This document shows, one piece after another, positions 1 through 9,994 of a stretch of DNA of 64,000 nucleotides. A program made the position numbers and the translations under genes. The notes below the pieces were generated by a model. It did no database searches. It worked only from the letters and a program-made list of their open reading frames with translations, and was not told where the DNA came from. Position 1 is the first letter of the stretch, and every line of letters starts with the position of its first letter. This DNA comes from an uncultured cyanobacterium (GTDB lineage Bacteria > Cyanobacteriota > Cyanobacteriia > Cyanobacteriales > Nostocaceae): the NCBI GenBank assembly GCA_963706595.1, contig OY970166.1, positions 4,736,001 to 4,800,000 on the forward strand, in the 5' to 3' direction.

Positions 1-196
1 ACACCCACCAGAGGCGGGGTATACACTCCAACACACTAATGACTACTTAATCAATGGTGATCCATAAGAGGTCACCAAAATTGTTTGAAGGAACATAACT
101 TAAGGGAAAAAATTCTGAGAAACTAAATCAACTTCACACACTGATTATATTTGCTAGCTAGTTGATGGCTACAAGAAATATTTTTCCTGCTAGGTA

Positions 197-2416
197 ATGG
201 GTATGATTAAGCATCTAGAAAAATCTCTTGTCAGATTAATTTTGAAACTCAAACAAACCTTTGGGCGAAGACATAAAGCATTGATTACAGCTTTAATTGT
301 GGCAGTTTGTATCTTGATTTTGCGTTCTGTAGGATTATTACAATCTTTAGAGTTAGCAGCGTTGGATCAATTATTTCACTTACGTCCAGAGGAACAACTA
401 GATCCTCGAATCACTATTGTCGCCATTGATGAGGCTTCTTTGAAGCAAATAGGTTCCTGGCCAATTCCAGATGGTGATCTGGCTGATTTATTACAAAAAA
501 TTCAAGCCTATAAACCCCGCGCTATTGGTTTAGATATCTACCGGAATTTTCCAGTTAAATATGGTTATGAGAAACTGGCCGCAGCTTATCGGTCAATGCC
601 TAACTTGATTGGCAATCAACTATTGGCAAATAGTCCAAATGGCAGTGTTTCACCTGCACAAAGTCTGAATAATCAACAAGTGGGTTTTAGTAATGTATTA
701 TTTGACTCTGATGGCAAAGTACGTCGCAGCTTACTATATTGGCACGTGGGTCAACAGCTACACGAAAGTTTTGCTCTGAAACTGGCTTTATTGTATTTAA
801 AATCGGAAGACATAATTCCCCAAAAAGCAGCTAATAATTCTGAGTCTTTACGGTTAGGTAAGGCGGTATTTACTCGATTTGAGGCGAATGATGGTGCTTA
901 TGTGCAAGCTGATGCTCAAGGCTACCAAATTTTATCTAACTTTCCTAAGCCAGGTTGTCACAGTTCATCTCAAGAATTATGTGGTTATCGTCAGGTGAGG
1001 ATCACCGATGTCCTGGAAAATAAAGTTCCAAAAAGCTGGATGAGCGATCGCATCGTCTTGATTGGTTCCACTGCTCCCAGTATCCAAGATTTTGTGTTTA
1101 TTCCTCATTCTAGTCGTCTGATAGGTACAGCAGAGCCTATTCCTGGCATTAAATTGCAAGCTTATTTTATCAGTGAGTTAATCTCAGCAGCTCTAGAAGG
1201 ACGACCTTTACTTAAAGTCTGGTCTCAAACAGGGGAATGCTTATGGATTTTTACTTGGTCTTATGTGGGTGCTGTAATCACATGGCGAATCAGATACCCA
1301 ATTCCAAGTATTATCAGTACCTTACTATCTTGCTTGGTGCTGCTTCTATTGACTTACTTAGCTTTTTTGTCAGGTTGGTGGATACCGATCATTCCTGCAT
1401 TATTGACCTTTGTTAGTTCCGCTATTTGGATTATCTCTAATATTGCCTATAAGCAAGACGAGTTAAAACGTTCTAAAGAGTTTTTGCAACAAGTGATCAA
1501 TACGATTGCTGACCCGGTTTTTGTGAAGAATGAACAATATCAGTGGATTGTTTTGAATGAAGCTTATTGTCAATTAATCGGTTATCCCAATACTGTCTTA
1601 ATTGAAAAGTCAGATTATAACTTTTTTCCTCAACATGAAGTAAATGTGTTTCGACAGCAAGATCATCTGGTTTTTCAAACTCAGCGACCGCAGGAAAACG
1701 AAGAAGAATTTACTGATGCTAATGGTACTACCCATCTGATTGCTACTAAGCGATCGCTCCACAAAGACGCGGCTGGTAATTTATTTTTGGTGGGGGTGAT
1801 CCGAGATATGACCCAGCGTAAGTTGATGGAAGATGAACTGAAGCGGACTGCGGCTGAGTTATCCCGCTCTAATAATGAATTAAAACTCAAAGAAGACCAC
1901 TTGCGTTATCTGGCTGATCATGATCCTCTTACAGGCTTAACGAATCGGAAATTTTTCGCAGAACAACTTCAAGAATCGTTAATTTGGGCGCAAGATCATA
2001 ACTTGTTACTGGGATTGCTGTTTATTGACCTAGATGGTTTTAAGCAAATTAATGATACTTTAGGGCATGATATAGGCGATCGCCTACTAATATCAATCGC
2101 TCAACGACTCAGCCAGACTTTACGCGGTAGCGATACTGTATCCCGATTGGGTGGCGATGAATTTATTATAATTTTACGGTCAATTCCTAACGTAGAAGTA
2201 GCAGCTAAAATCGCGGAAAAAGTTTTAGAAAGTATCATTGCGCCAATTGTTTTGGAGGGACGTACTACTAGGGTTTCTGCCAGTATTGGTATTAGCATCT
2301 ACCCAATAAATAGCCAAAATCCTAAAACATTGATTAGACAAGCAGATGCGGCTATGTACCGTGCCAAGCACCTGGGAAAAAATCGGTATGAATTTGCTGA
2401 AAATGCCGATAATTAA
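197..2416 (+). CDS. CHASE2-PAS-GGDEF membrane diguanylate cyclase
   Basis: CHASE2 motifs (DPRITIVAIDE, AIGLDIYR, DSDGKVRRSLL), three TM helices, PAS/PAC, GGDEF domain (HDPLTGL...RLGGDEF). Confidence 0.92.
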   Translation: MGMIKHLEKSLVRLILKLKQTFGRRHKALITALIVAVCILILRSVGLLQSLELAALDQLFHLRPEEQLDPRITIVAIDEASLKQIGSWPIPDGDLADLLQKIQAYKPRAIGLDIYRNFPVKYGYEKLAAAYRSMPNLIGNQLLANSPNGSVSPAQSLNNQQVGFSNVLFDSDGKVRRSLLYWHVGQQLHESFALKLALLYLKSEDIIPQKAANNSESLRLGKAVFTRFEANDGAYVQADAQGYQILSNFPKPGCHSSSQELCGYRQVRITDVLENKVPKSWMSDRIVLIGSTAPSIQDFVFIPHSSRLIGTAEPIPGIKLQAYFISELISAALEGRPLLKVWSQTGECLWIFTWSYVGAVITWRIRYPIPSIISTLLSCLVLLLLTYLAFLSGWWIPIIPALLTFVSSAIWIISNIAYKQDELKRSKEFLQQVINTIADPVFVKNEQYQWIVLNEAYCQLIGYPNTVLIEKSDYNFFPQHEVNVFRQQDHLVFQTQRPQENEEEFTDANGTTHLIATKRSLHKDAAGNLFLVGVIRDMTQRKLMEDELKRTAAELSRSNNELKLKEDHLRYLADHDPLTGLTNRKFFAEQLQESLIWAQDHNLLLGLLFIDLDGFKQINDTLGHDIGDRLLISIAQRLSQTLRGSDTVSRLGGDEFIIILRSIPNVEVAAKIAEKVLESIIAPIVLEGRTTRVSASIGISIYPINSQNPKTLIRQADAAMYRAKHLGKNRYEFAENADN

Positions 2417-2927
2417 CCAAAACCATCAGTGGGTGTTTAATTTTAATTTACACATAGCAAATATCAATGAGTTATAAAAATTATTGTTTAACTTTTGACG
2501 AATGCCCTGCGGTACTAGTCAGCTTACCTCCATACTGCAAATTCAATATACTTAAGTAATATTCTTTAAAGTAAATATTAATTAAAACTAGTAAATTTAC
2601 AGCTTTATCAGGCTTGTTATCTGAAATTTAGTTGTATTGGCTGTTGAATATAAGACTTTTAATTTTTTTCCAATCTTTAATATCGTATTTACACGGTTAA
2701 AAAATAAACGTTTAGTAAAAATTTATCGTTTCATATAATTTTTTTGTAAAAGCTTCTTAATTATCTCTGACTTTAGACTGATGTTTTCAACTGCTTTTTA
2801 GTTATATCTCTTAGATGTAGGTGATTTCAAGCTTTAGCTTTTGCCTAATGCGCCAGCTACTCAGCATTTATCAGTAGAGTCAGTATGAGTTTAGTTGTAA
2901 AAACAATGTAATTAAGATTTAAATTTT

Positions 2928-2957
2928 TCCGGAAGTATCACTAACACTGATGTAAAT
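2928..2957 (+). promoter_or_regulatory. Putative DIF1-type (heterocyst differentiation) promoter
   Basis: TCCGGA at 2928-2933, an 18-nt spacer, then GTAAAT; about 50 nt upstream of the small ORF at 3007. Confidence 0.5.
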
Positions 2958-3006
2958 ACAGAGAATCACGCAATGAAATTAGAATCAATGGAATTTACCA
3001 AGACTT

Positions 3007-3243
3007 ATGGGAACCAACTGGATAATTATGAGGGCTGTGCTATTTTTTATCAGTGCTTATTGGATGATTCCAAAAATAGCTGTCACCACAGTTAACGTCA
3101 ACGCTGTGACATTGGATAAGTTGAATCCCAGTAATCACAGCTATTTAATCACTGATCAGGTTAATAATCAGGATTCAAAAGATATGTATATTCCACCAAA
3201 TAATGGCGGACCTAACAGTAAGCATGGTAGTGGTACGCGCTGA
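3007..3243 (+). CDS. Small putative exported peptide ending YIPPNNGGPNSKHGSGTR
   Basis: 78-aa ORF alone in a large AT-rich intergenic space; hydrophobic N-terminus; Pro/Gly C-terminal motif; start may be 3028. Confidence 0.65.
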   Translation: MGTNWIIMRAVLFFISAYWMIPKIAVTTVNVNAVTLDKLNPSNHSYLITDQVNNQDSKDMYIPPNNGGPNSKHGSGTR

Positions 3244-3358
3244 TATAGCAAAGTGCTGTGCTTAGAGCAGCGTAATAATTATTGAGATAAACCTTGTTGC
3301 TTCATAGCGTTGACGAATTAACACTGTCCTCACTTCTGTAAAAATTCTGAGCAAATGT

Positions 3359-5044
3359 CTAATTTTTCAAGATCAGAGATTTCTGCCATTGGCGTTTTTG
3401 TACTAGGGTATGGACTTGCCAATTGGGATCTGATTGAGGATAGTCTAGGCGGTAATGTCCGCCACGGCTTTCAGTTCTAAAAGCTGCACTTTTAAGAATT
3501 AAATAGGCTACATCTAGTAAATTACGGGTTTCTGCCCAAAGTCGCAATTGCCTTTCTACATCTGGGATGTCAAAACTAACTGGTTCGTTAGGACTTAAAG
3601 AAAGTAAGAATTGACTCAAAGGTAAAGCAGCAAAATCTTGTTGCCAAGATTCAACAGTGGCGATCGCATCTGCTAAACTTGACTGTTCTCGACAAATCCC
3701 CGCACTTTGCCAAACTAAACGGGGTAGTTTTTCTCTAAGTATTTCTAATTGGGTTTTTTGGGTTTGCCATTCACCGACATTGGCGCTAAATTCTCGTAAT
3801 GGCAGGATTGGGACTTCTGAGAATGGTGCAGTATCTCCCAGATCAAGATTAGCCATTTGTGCGCCAAACACAATACATTCAAGCAAAGAGTTACTCGCCA
3901 AACGATTCGCCCCATGTACTCCCGTACTGGCGGTTTCTCCCACTGCGTATAAACCCGGAATATTTGTGCGATTCATTAAATCAGCCACAATACCACCCAT
4001 CCAGTAATGGGCAGCCGGGGCTACTGGAATGGGTTCCTGGAAGACATCAATACCCCAATATTGACAAACTTTGACAATGTTAGGAAAGCGATGACGAATT
4101 TTTTCCGGGGGTATAGGGCGCATATCTAACCAAACATGGGCAGTGGCTAGATCCACTGCTGTCTGTTGCAGATGGCTGAAAATAGCTCTGCTGACTACAT
4201 CTCTGGGTGCTAGTTCACCCGCAGGATGGTAGTCAAAGGCAAAACGCCGCCCTAGATCATCAATAAGGTGTGCGCCTTCTCCCCTGACAGCTTCACTAAT
4301 GAGAAAGTGGTCTGCACCCGCTTTAGTTAGGGATGTGGGGTGAAATTGCACAAATTCTAAATCCCGGAGTATCGCCCCCGCCCGCCAAGCGATCGCTACC
4401 CCATCGCCCGTACTGACAGCTGGGTTAGTTGTTTGAGCAAATACCTGACCACCGCCGCCGGTTGCCAAAATCACAGCCCTAGCTCTGACCCAGGTGATTT
4501 TACCTTGATAAAATAGGCTAATTCCTTGACATCTTCCGGTTTGGGGTTCTATCCACAAATTCAAAGCCAAAGCTTGTTGGATGACTTGAATGTTCTGGCG
4601 GCGCAATACTTGGTCTGTGAGGGTAGTGGTGACTGCCCTCCCTGTCGTATCGGCAGTATGGAGAACGCGATGACGAGAATGGGCAGCTTCTAATGTTAAA
4701 GCTAAAGCTTGACCGTGACGGTCAAAAGCTACTCCCAAGTTAACCAGAGATTGAATACACCGAGGGGCTTCTTCGGCTAAGAATTCTACGGCTGGGCGAT
4801 CGCATAAACCTGCACCGGCGTGTAATGTATCCTCAATGTGCAGTGAAGGCGAATCTTCCGGGGCGATGGCCGCCGCAATGCCTCCTTGCGCCCAATCGCT
4901 GGCAGATAGAGACACAGTTTCTTTGGTAATCAAGCCGACTCGTAAGTTCTCTGGTAGACAGAGTGCTGTGTACAGTCCAGCAGCGCCAGCACCGACTACT
5001 AAAACATCAAATTGGCTAGGGATATCTATTTGAGGCAAAGTCAA
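3359..5044 (-). CDS. nadB: L-aspartate oxidase
   Basis: GAGAAG FAD motif, SDWAQGGIAA, QFHPT, SEAVRGEG, HGANRLASNSLLE, ESRGGHYR. Confidence 0.96.
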   Translation of the reverse strand: MTLPQIDIPSQFDVLVVGAGAAGLYTALCLPENLRVGLITKETVSLSASDWAQGGIAAAIAPEDSPSLHIEDTLHAGAGLCDRPAVEFLAEEAPRCIQSLVNLGVAFDRHGQALALTLEAAHSRHRVLHTADTTGRAVTTTLTDQVLRRQNIQVIQQALALNLWIEPQTGRCQGISLFYQGKITWVRARAVILATGGGGQVFAQTTNPAVSTGDGVAIAWRAGAILRDLEFVQFHPTSLTKAGADHFLISEAVRGEGAHLIDDLGRRFAFDYHPAGELAPRDVVSRAIFSHLQQTAVDLATAHVWLDMRPIPPEKIRHRFPNIVKVCQYWGIDVFQEPIPVAPAAHYWMGGIVADLMNRTNIPGLYAVGETASTGVHGANRLASNSLLECIVFGAQMANLDLGDTAPFSEVPILPLREFSANVGEWQTQKTQLEILREKLPRLVWQSAGICREQSSLADAIATVESWQQDFAALPLSQFLLSLSPNEPVSFDIPDVERQLRLWAETRNLLDVAYLILKSAAFRTESRGGHYRLDYPQSDPNWQVHTLVQKRQWQKSLILKN

Positions 5045-5048
5045 ACAA

Positions 5049-5082
5049 TTTGGGATTTGGGATTTGGGATTTGGGATTTGGA
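5049..5082. repeat. STRR heptamer tandem repeat (TTTGGGA)n
   Basis: About five tandem copies visible. Confidence 0.85.
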
Positions 5083-5194
5083 ATTAACTCCACAGATAAA
5101 TCTGAGGGCTTGTAGCATTCAGGAACTATGGGAGAGCAAGGAATGGGGGAGAAAGAGATTATTCCCCATTTCCCATGCCTAATTTGCTTTTTAG

Positions 5195-5623
5195 TTATCT
5201 GTAGATACCGTTGTTAAAGCGGTCATCTCCGGCGTTGAAGATCACATCTCTTTCGGTGACAGCGAAATTATCTAAGTTGGCTTGCAAAAGTTGTTTTTGG
5301 CGATCGCTCAATCCTTCCAAATCCAATACATCCTCTACGTTCTTGTAAGGAGCATTAAGGACAATTTTCTTAGCTAGGGTAGGGTACAGACCAGGAAACT
5401 GTTGAAAAGCTCGCACATTGGTATTATTCAAATCAACTTTTTTCCCAAATGCTGTCCCTAACTTCGCGTCTGCTCCATTCTGTCTCTGAATTGCTAAAAC
5501 TGGAACTTGTCTAAAAGCAAAACTGTTGAGATTGGCAGCAGTGGCTATCTGAGTTGTTCCCAGCCATCCCCAAGAGCCAATTAATAAGCTAAATACTGTT
5601 AATAAACGTACCAATGTTTTCAT
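5195..5623 (-). CDS. psbU: Photosystem II extrinsic protein PsbU
   Basis: Signal peptide, [24 protein letters not shown]-terminal [17 protein letters not shown] before ATG at 5623/5626. Confidence 0.95.
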   Translation of the reverse strand: MKTLVRLLTVFSLLIGSWGWLGTTQIATAANLNSFAFRQVPVLAIQRQNGADAKLGTAFGKKVDLNNTNVRAFQQFPGLYPTLAKKIVLNAPYKNVEDVLDLEGLSDRQKQLLQANLDNFAVTERDVIFNAGDDRFNNGIYR

Positions 5624-5995
5624 CATTTTTCTCCTGCTTTCCATCAAACTGAAATAACTACGTTAAGTCAAATACTATCAACTGTCAGATGAATTCAGAC
5701 CTATGAAGTCAAGCACAGCGATTATTACTGTGAGCTTCTACTTCGTCCTAGCCAAGATGAATAGACACTTTGAGTGTATATTCGTCTTGGCTCCTTCACC
5801 TTGGGTTGAGAGCTTCTGGCTTCTTCAACACACAGCAGTCATCAAAGACTAATATACAGCTTATTAATACCCGCAATATTTGCTGCTACTGGGTTTGATA
5901 CTATTTTTACAAAAAGTTATCTACACATCTGGGATAGTGGGAAAAAATTATTAATTATTCACTTTTTTGATACCATGCTTATTCTAAGTAAGTGT

Positions 5996-6775
5996 TTAGG
6001 CAGCATTTGCAGCTATTAAGAAGAGGCTATCTACCAAAATTGTACTTAACACTGCTCCACTAAAGGCGTACCAATGTTGTGATTTTGTACGTAAAGGTAA
6101 AATTCCTGCTGTTAACAGCAAGATAGCTAAAACTACTGCCCAGCCTTGTCCCCAAGGGGTTTGGACTTGGATTAAAGCAGTTTGTAAGATTGGTGGCACG
6201 CTATCCGGTTCTACTAGCATAATTTGCCGCCAATAGGGCATCAAGTCTACTAGATAAAAATACACATCAGTCAAAATAGTACCGAGTAAAGAACCTAAGT
6301 AAAACCAGTTACCAACTTTGCCCCAATTCCTGAATAGACACCAACAAGCAAAAGGTAAACCGATAGATTCTACAGGTAAATGCCAAAGAGGTTCCCAACG
6401 TAACCAACCCCAATAAATCGCTCCGGTTAACCAACTCCAGCTAAAGCCTAAGAGCAAATCTCCCCAGACATAAGTTGTGGGGCGTGACATTAAGACATAA
6501 CTTAGCCACACCCAAAATCCTGTGAGCGCTACACTCAAAACTGGCAGCGATCGCACTAATGGTGCTTCTATAAATACTGGGACTGATACCAAAAACACTG
6601 CGACCGCCAACACTAACCACGTTTGGCGTGTAGCCGTAGATATGGGTATAGAAGGAGACGATGCCAGTGTAGATTCTAACTGCCTGATGCTTTTTTGCCC
6701 AACTTCCGTTGTGGGTAAAACAGTATTGATTCCGTTAGCAGGAATGGTGTAGGAAGACAAGCTATTATTAATCAA
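5996..6775 (-). CDS. DUF3120 family membrane protein
   Basis: FLVSVPVFIEAPLVR, YWGWLRWEPLWHLPVE, multiple TM helices. Confidence 0.85.
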   Translation of the reverse strand: MINNSLSSYTIPANGINTVLPTTEVGQKSIRQLESTLASSPSIPISTATRQTWLVLAVAVFLVSVPVFIEAPLVRSLPVLSVALTGFWVWLSYVLMSRPTTYVWGDLLLGFSWSWLTGAIYWGWLRWEPLWHLPVESIGLPFACWCLFRNWGKVGNWFYLGSLLGTILTDVYFYLVDLMPYWRQIMLVEPDSVPPILQTALIQVQTPWGQGWAVVLAILLLTAGILPLRTKSQHWYAFSGAVLSTILVDSLFLIAANAA

Positions 6776-7031
6776 CGTTTTTAATATTTGTTACTAAACT
6801 TTATTTTACTTAAGATATCACATGAAAAATCCCCCCCCTGGGCATTTTTATTGTACCGAAATTTTGCGTAGATTGTTTATTGCACCCAAAGTAGGCAGAT
6901 CAACCGTGCTGGATTGTCTTATTGTGGGATTACTTTTCCCAATCTCCAATCCTCAATAAGTCGATGCTGTCTGAGGATATTTTCCTGGAAAGTTACCCAG
7001 ACAGCTGTTTGTGTAATTGGTTGTCAAAAGA

Positions 7032-7184
7032 AGCAGGGGAGCAGGGGGCAGGGAGCAAGGGGGAAAACTGAGCCGGAGCTTTTACTCCGTCCCAGTAAGA
7101 GCGCCCTAGAAGGGCGGGGCTTGTACCCATGTTCCGCTCCGCTTCACGGCTACTGGGCAGGGATTGCTCCCCCTGCTCCCTGCT
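7032..7184. repeat. Palindromic element with inverted heptamer arms (GCAGGGG/CCCTGCT)
   Basis: gcaggggagcagggggcagggagcaagggg ... ccccctgctccctgc arms around a unique core. Confidence 0.6.
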
Positions 7185-7251
7185 AGAAAGCCCCTCCGCC
7201 TCTTTGGTCATCAAAGCACAAGCTCCGCTTTCGCTATCACAGGTAAATTAA

Positions 7252-8217
7252 ATGGCTAGATCAAAACGTCAATGGTTCATGCTCTTAAGTGCAGCATCTG
7301 CCATTTTCTCAGTTGCAGCATTTCCTATAAAAGTTTTAAGTACCCAAGCTAACCCAGCTTTAGAGGAGATACAGCAACCAATGAATATCTTACAAGCGAT
7401 TTTTTTAGGCTTTGTGCAGGGAATGACCGAATTTCTCCCCATCAGCAGTTCAGCACATTTAAAAGTTGTGCCTGTAGCCCTGGGTTGGGGTGATCCGGGA
7501 GTAGCTTTTACGGCGATTATTCAGCTGGGTAGTATTGTCGCCGTGTTGTGGTATTTCTGGGATGATATGACGCAAATTATCAAGGGAGCAACAAAAGCGA
7601 TCGCTCTTAAAGATTACCAAAACCAAGACTTCCAGCTATTTATGGGCATTATCTTGGGAACAGTGCCGATCCTGGTCTTGGGATTGTTAATTAAAAGATT
7701 TATTCCAGATTACGATAATTCACCCTTAAGAAGCCTCACAGCGATCGCCATAGCCTCCATATTCATGTCGCTGTTATTGGGAATAGCAGAAAAACTCGGT
7801 AAACGTCAACGTGACTTCCAGCATTTAAGCATGAAAGATGGGTTATGGATGGGTTTAGCTCAAGCTTTAGCATTAATTCCTGGCGTATCTCGTTCAGGTT
7901 CCACCATCACCGGGGGGCTATTTATGAGTTTAGAACGAGAAACAGCCGCCAGATTCTCATTTTTGCTGGGAATTCCCGCCATCACCATCGCCGGATTAGT
8001 GGAATTAAAAGATTTTTTAGCAGTAGGTGTAGGTAACGTCGGTATAGTGCCGATGGTTGTCGGGACAATTTCATCTGGGATATTTTCGTATATAGCGATC
8101 GCTGGATTGATCCAATTCCTCAAAACCCAAAGCACCTGGGTATTTATTTGGTATCGCCTAGCATTTGGTATCGTCATTTTAGGTGCAATCAGCGCCGGAT
8201 TATTGAAAAATAGTTAA
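7252..8217 (+). CDS. uppP: Undecaprenyl-diphosphate phosphatase
   Basis: QGMTEFLPISSSAH and PGVSRSGST BacA/UppP signature motifs. Confidence 0.96.
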   Translation: MARSKRQWFMLLSAASAIFSVAAFPIKVLSTQANPALEEIQQPMNILQAIFLGFVQGMTEFLPISSSAHLKVVPVALGWGDPGVAFTAIIQLGSIVAVLWYFWDDMTQIIKGATKAIALKDYQNQDFQLFMGIILGTVPILVLGLLIKRFIPDYDNSPLRSLTAIAIASIFMSLLLGIAEKLGKRQRDFQHLSMKDGLWMGLAQALALIPGVSRSGSTITGGLFMSLERETAARFSFLLGIPAITIAGLVELKDFLAVGVGNVGIVPMVVGTISSGIFSYIAIAGLIQFLKTQSTWVFIWYRLAFGIVILGAISAGLLKNS

Positions 8218-8304
8218 TAGTCAAGCAATTTTGGATTTTGGATTTGCGATTTTAGATTGCAGTTCAATCCAAAATTTAAAATCTAAAATCTAAAATTCTC
8301 CACC

Positions 8305-9645
8305 ATGTCTACCATCAGTCCTGCCCAAATTACCAAAGTATTACCCGATTCCATCGCCGCAGAAGTTGGCTTTGACGCGGGGGATGCCATAGTTGCTATC
8401 AATGGCACACAACCCCGTGATTTAATTGATTATCAATTTTTGTGTGCTGATGAAATTCTCGAATTGGAAGTTTTAGACGCATCGGGAAATACTCATCATA
8501 TTGAAATTGAAAAAGATTACGACGAAGACTTGGGGCTAGAATTTGCCACAGCTTTATTTGATGGGTTAATTCAATGTAATAACCGTTGTCCATTTTGCTT
8601 TATTGATCAACAGCCACCAGGTAAGCGTTCCAGCTTGTATTTAAAAGATGATGATTACCGTCTCAGCTTTTTATATGGTTCCTATTTAACCCTTACCAAT
8701 TTGTCAGAAAGAGAATGGCAACGTATTGAACAAATGCGCCTATCTCCCTTGTTTGTTTCTGTTCATGCGACAGAACCCGAAATCAGAATTAGACTGCTGA
8801 AAAATCAGCGTGCAGGGCAAATTCTGTCTCAAATAAAATGGTTCCAAGATCGAAGATTGCAAATTCACGCCCAAGTAGTCGTTTGTCCTGGTATAAACGA
8901 TGGAAAACACCTGGAACAAACCCTCAAGGATTTAGCATCTTTCCATCATGGTGAAATACCTGCTGTGGCATCAGTCGCAGTAGTCCCCGTGGGCTTGACG
9001 CGGTTTCGCCCAGAGGAAGACGAACTCATCCCCGTAACCAGGGAAAAAGCTCAAGAAGTGATTTCCCAAGTGCAAAAAATTTCCCAGCAGTTTCGCCAAC
9101 AATTCGGTTCTGGCTTTGCTTGGTTAGCCGATGAGTGGTTTTTGATTGCAGGTGAGGAATTACCCAGTGAAGCGGACTATGAAGAATATCCGCAAATTGA
9201 CAACGGTGTGGGTTCCATTCGTTTATTTATTAAGCAATTTGCATCTACAGCCGCCGAATTATTACCGCCTAAGCTTTACCATCCCAAGAAATTAACGTGG
9301 GTAGTTGGTAATGCGGTAGAGCAAGCATTTCAACCAATTTTGAAGCGTTTAAATGCGGTTGAAGGTTTAGAAGTTAATATGCAGGCTTTATCTAGTGATT
9401 ACTGGGGACAAGATATTAGTGTGACTGGGTTAATTACAGGTCATGATTTACTTTTAAATCTCTCAAACAAAGATTTAGGCGATGGAATTTTACTGCCAAA
9501 ACTGATGCTAAAAAATGGCGAGTTGATATTTTTGGATGATATGAGTGTTGCCGAAGTTACTGAAAAACTTAAGACACAAATATTCCCAGTTGCAGGGATT
9601 GAAGAATTGATAAATGCTTGTATTAATGAACAAGTTCTAGTTTAG
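8305..9645 (+). CDS. TIGR03279-type PDZ / radical SAM / DUF512 protein
   Basis: N-terminal PDZ-like segment, CNNRCPFC (CxxxCxxC), YLKDDDYRLSFL, YPQIDNGVG. Confidence 0.9.
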   Translation: MSTISPAQITKVLPDSIAAEVGFDAGDAIVAINGTQPRDLIDYQFLCADEILELEVLDASGNTHHIEIEKDYDEDLGLEFATALFDGLIQCNNRCPFCFIDQQPPGKRSSLYLKDDDYRLSFLYGSYLTLTNLSEREWQRIEQMRLSPLFVSVHATEPEIRIRLLKNQRAGQILSQIKWFQDRRLQIHAQVVVCPGINDGKHLEQTLKDLASFHHGEIPAVASVAVVPVGLTRFRPEEDELIPVTREKAQEVISQVQKISQQFRQQFGSGFAWLADEWFLIAGEELPSEADYEEYPQIDNGVGSIRLFIKQFASTAAELLPPKLYHPKKLTWVVGNAVEQAFQPILKRLNAVEGLEVNMQALSSDYWGQDISVTGLITGHDLLLNLSNKDLGDGILLPKLMLKNGELIFLDDMSVAEVTEKLKTQIFPVAGIEELINACINEQVLV

Positions 9646-9760
9646 TGAGTAAATATCAGTCGTTTTTCGGAGGTCATTTATGGATATATAGGACGATACT
9701 AAATAAAACGTGAACATTTCTCTTTTTTCTCTTTCTCTGTGATCTCTGTGGTTCGTTTAT

Positions 9761-9901
9761 AGGACTTACGCATAATCTACGTTTTCTTGGCGTTCTTCTC
9801 CCAAGGGGAGACGCTACGCGGTAAGCGAAGCTATGCCGAAGGCTTTAGGCGACTTGGCGGTTCGATAAATCAAGATTTTTGGCAATTGTTGCGTAAGTCC
9901 T
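9761..9901. mobile_element. MITE-like element with 12-bp perfect terminal inverted repeats and nested short repeats
   Basis: AGGACTTACGCA (9761) ... TGCGTAAGTCCT (9901); interior resembles 61141-61198. Confidence 0.7.
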
Positions 9902-9994
9902 GGTTTAAAAAAGTCCTGTTCAAAACTCAAATAGGATTCCTATAGAACGATAAATAAACAAAAGACTGGTAAATAATAAATTTAGGAGTGAATA

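Noticed and set aside
3007..3243. Calling the small ORF patX or patS
   Set aside because: It lacks the RG(S/T)GR pentapeptide (has HGSGTR), so no gene symbol was assigned
6780..7010. c-di-AMP or other known riboswitch upstream of DUF3120
   Set aside because: Conserved core motifs of riboswitch families I know were not found
6914..7214. ORFs 6914-7186 (+) and 6993-7214 (-)
   Set aside because: Translations derive from heptamer repeat arms; no protein family features
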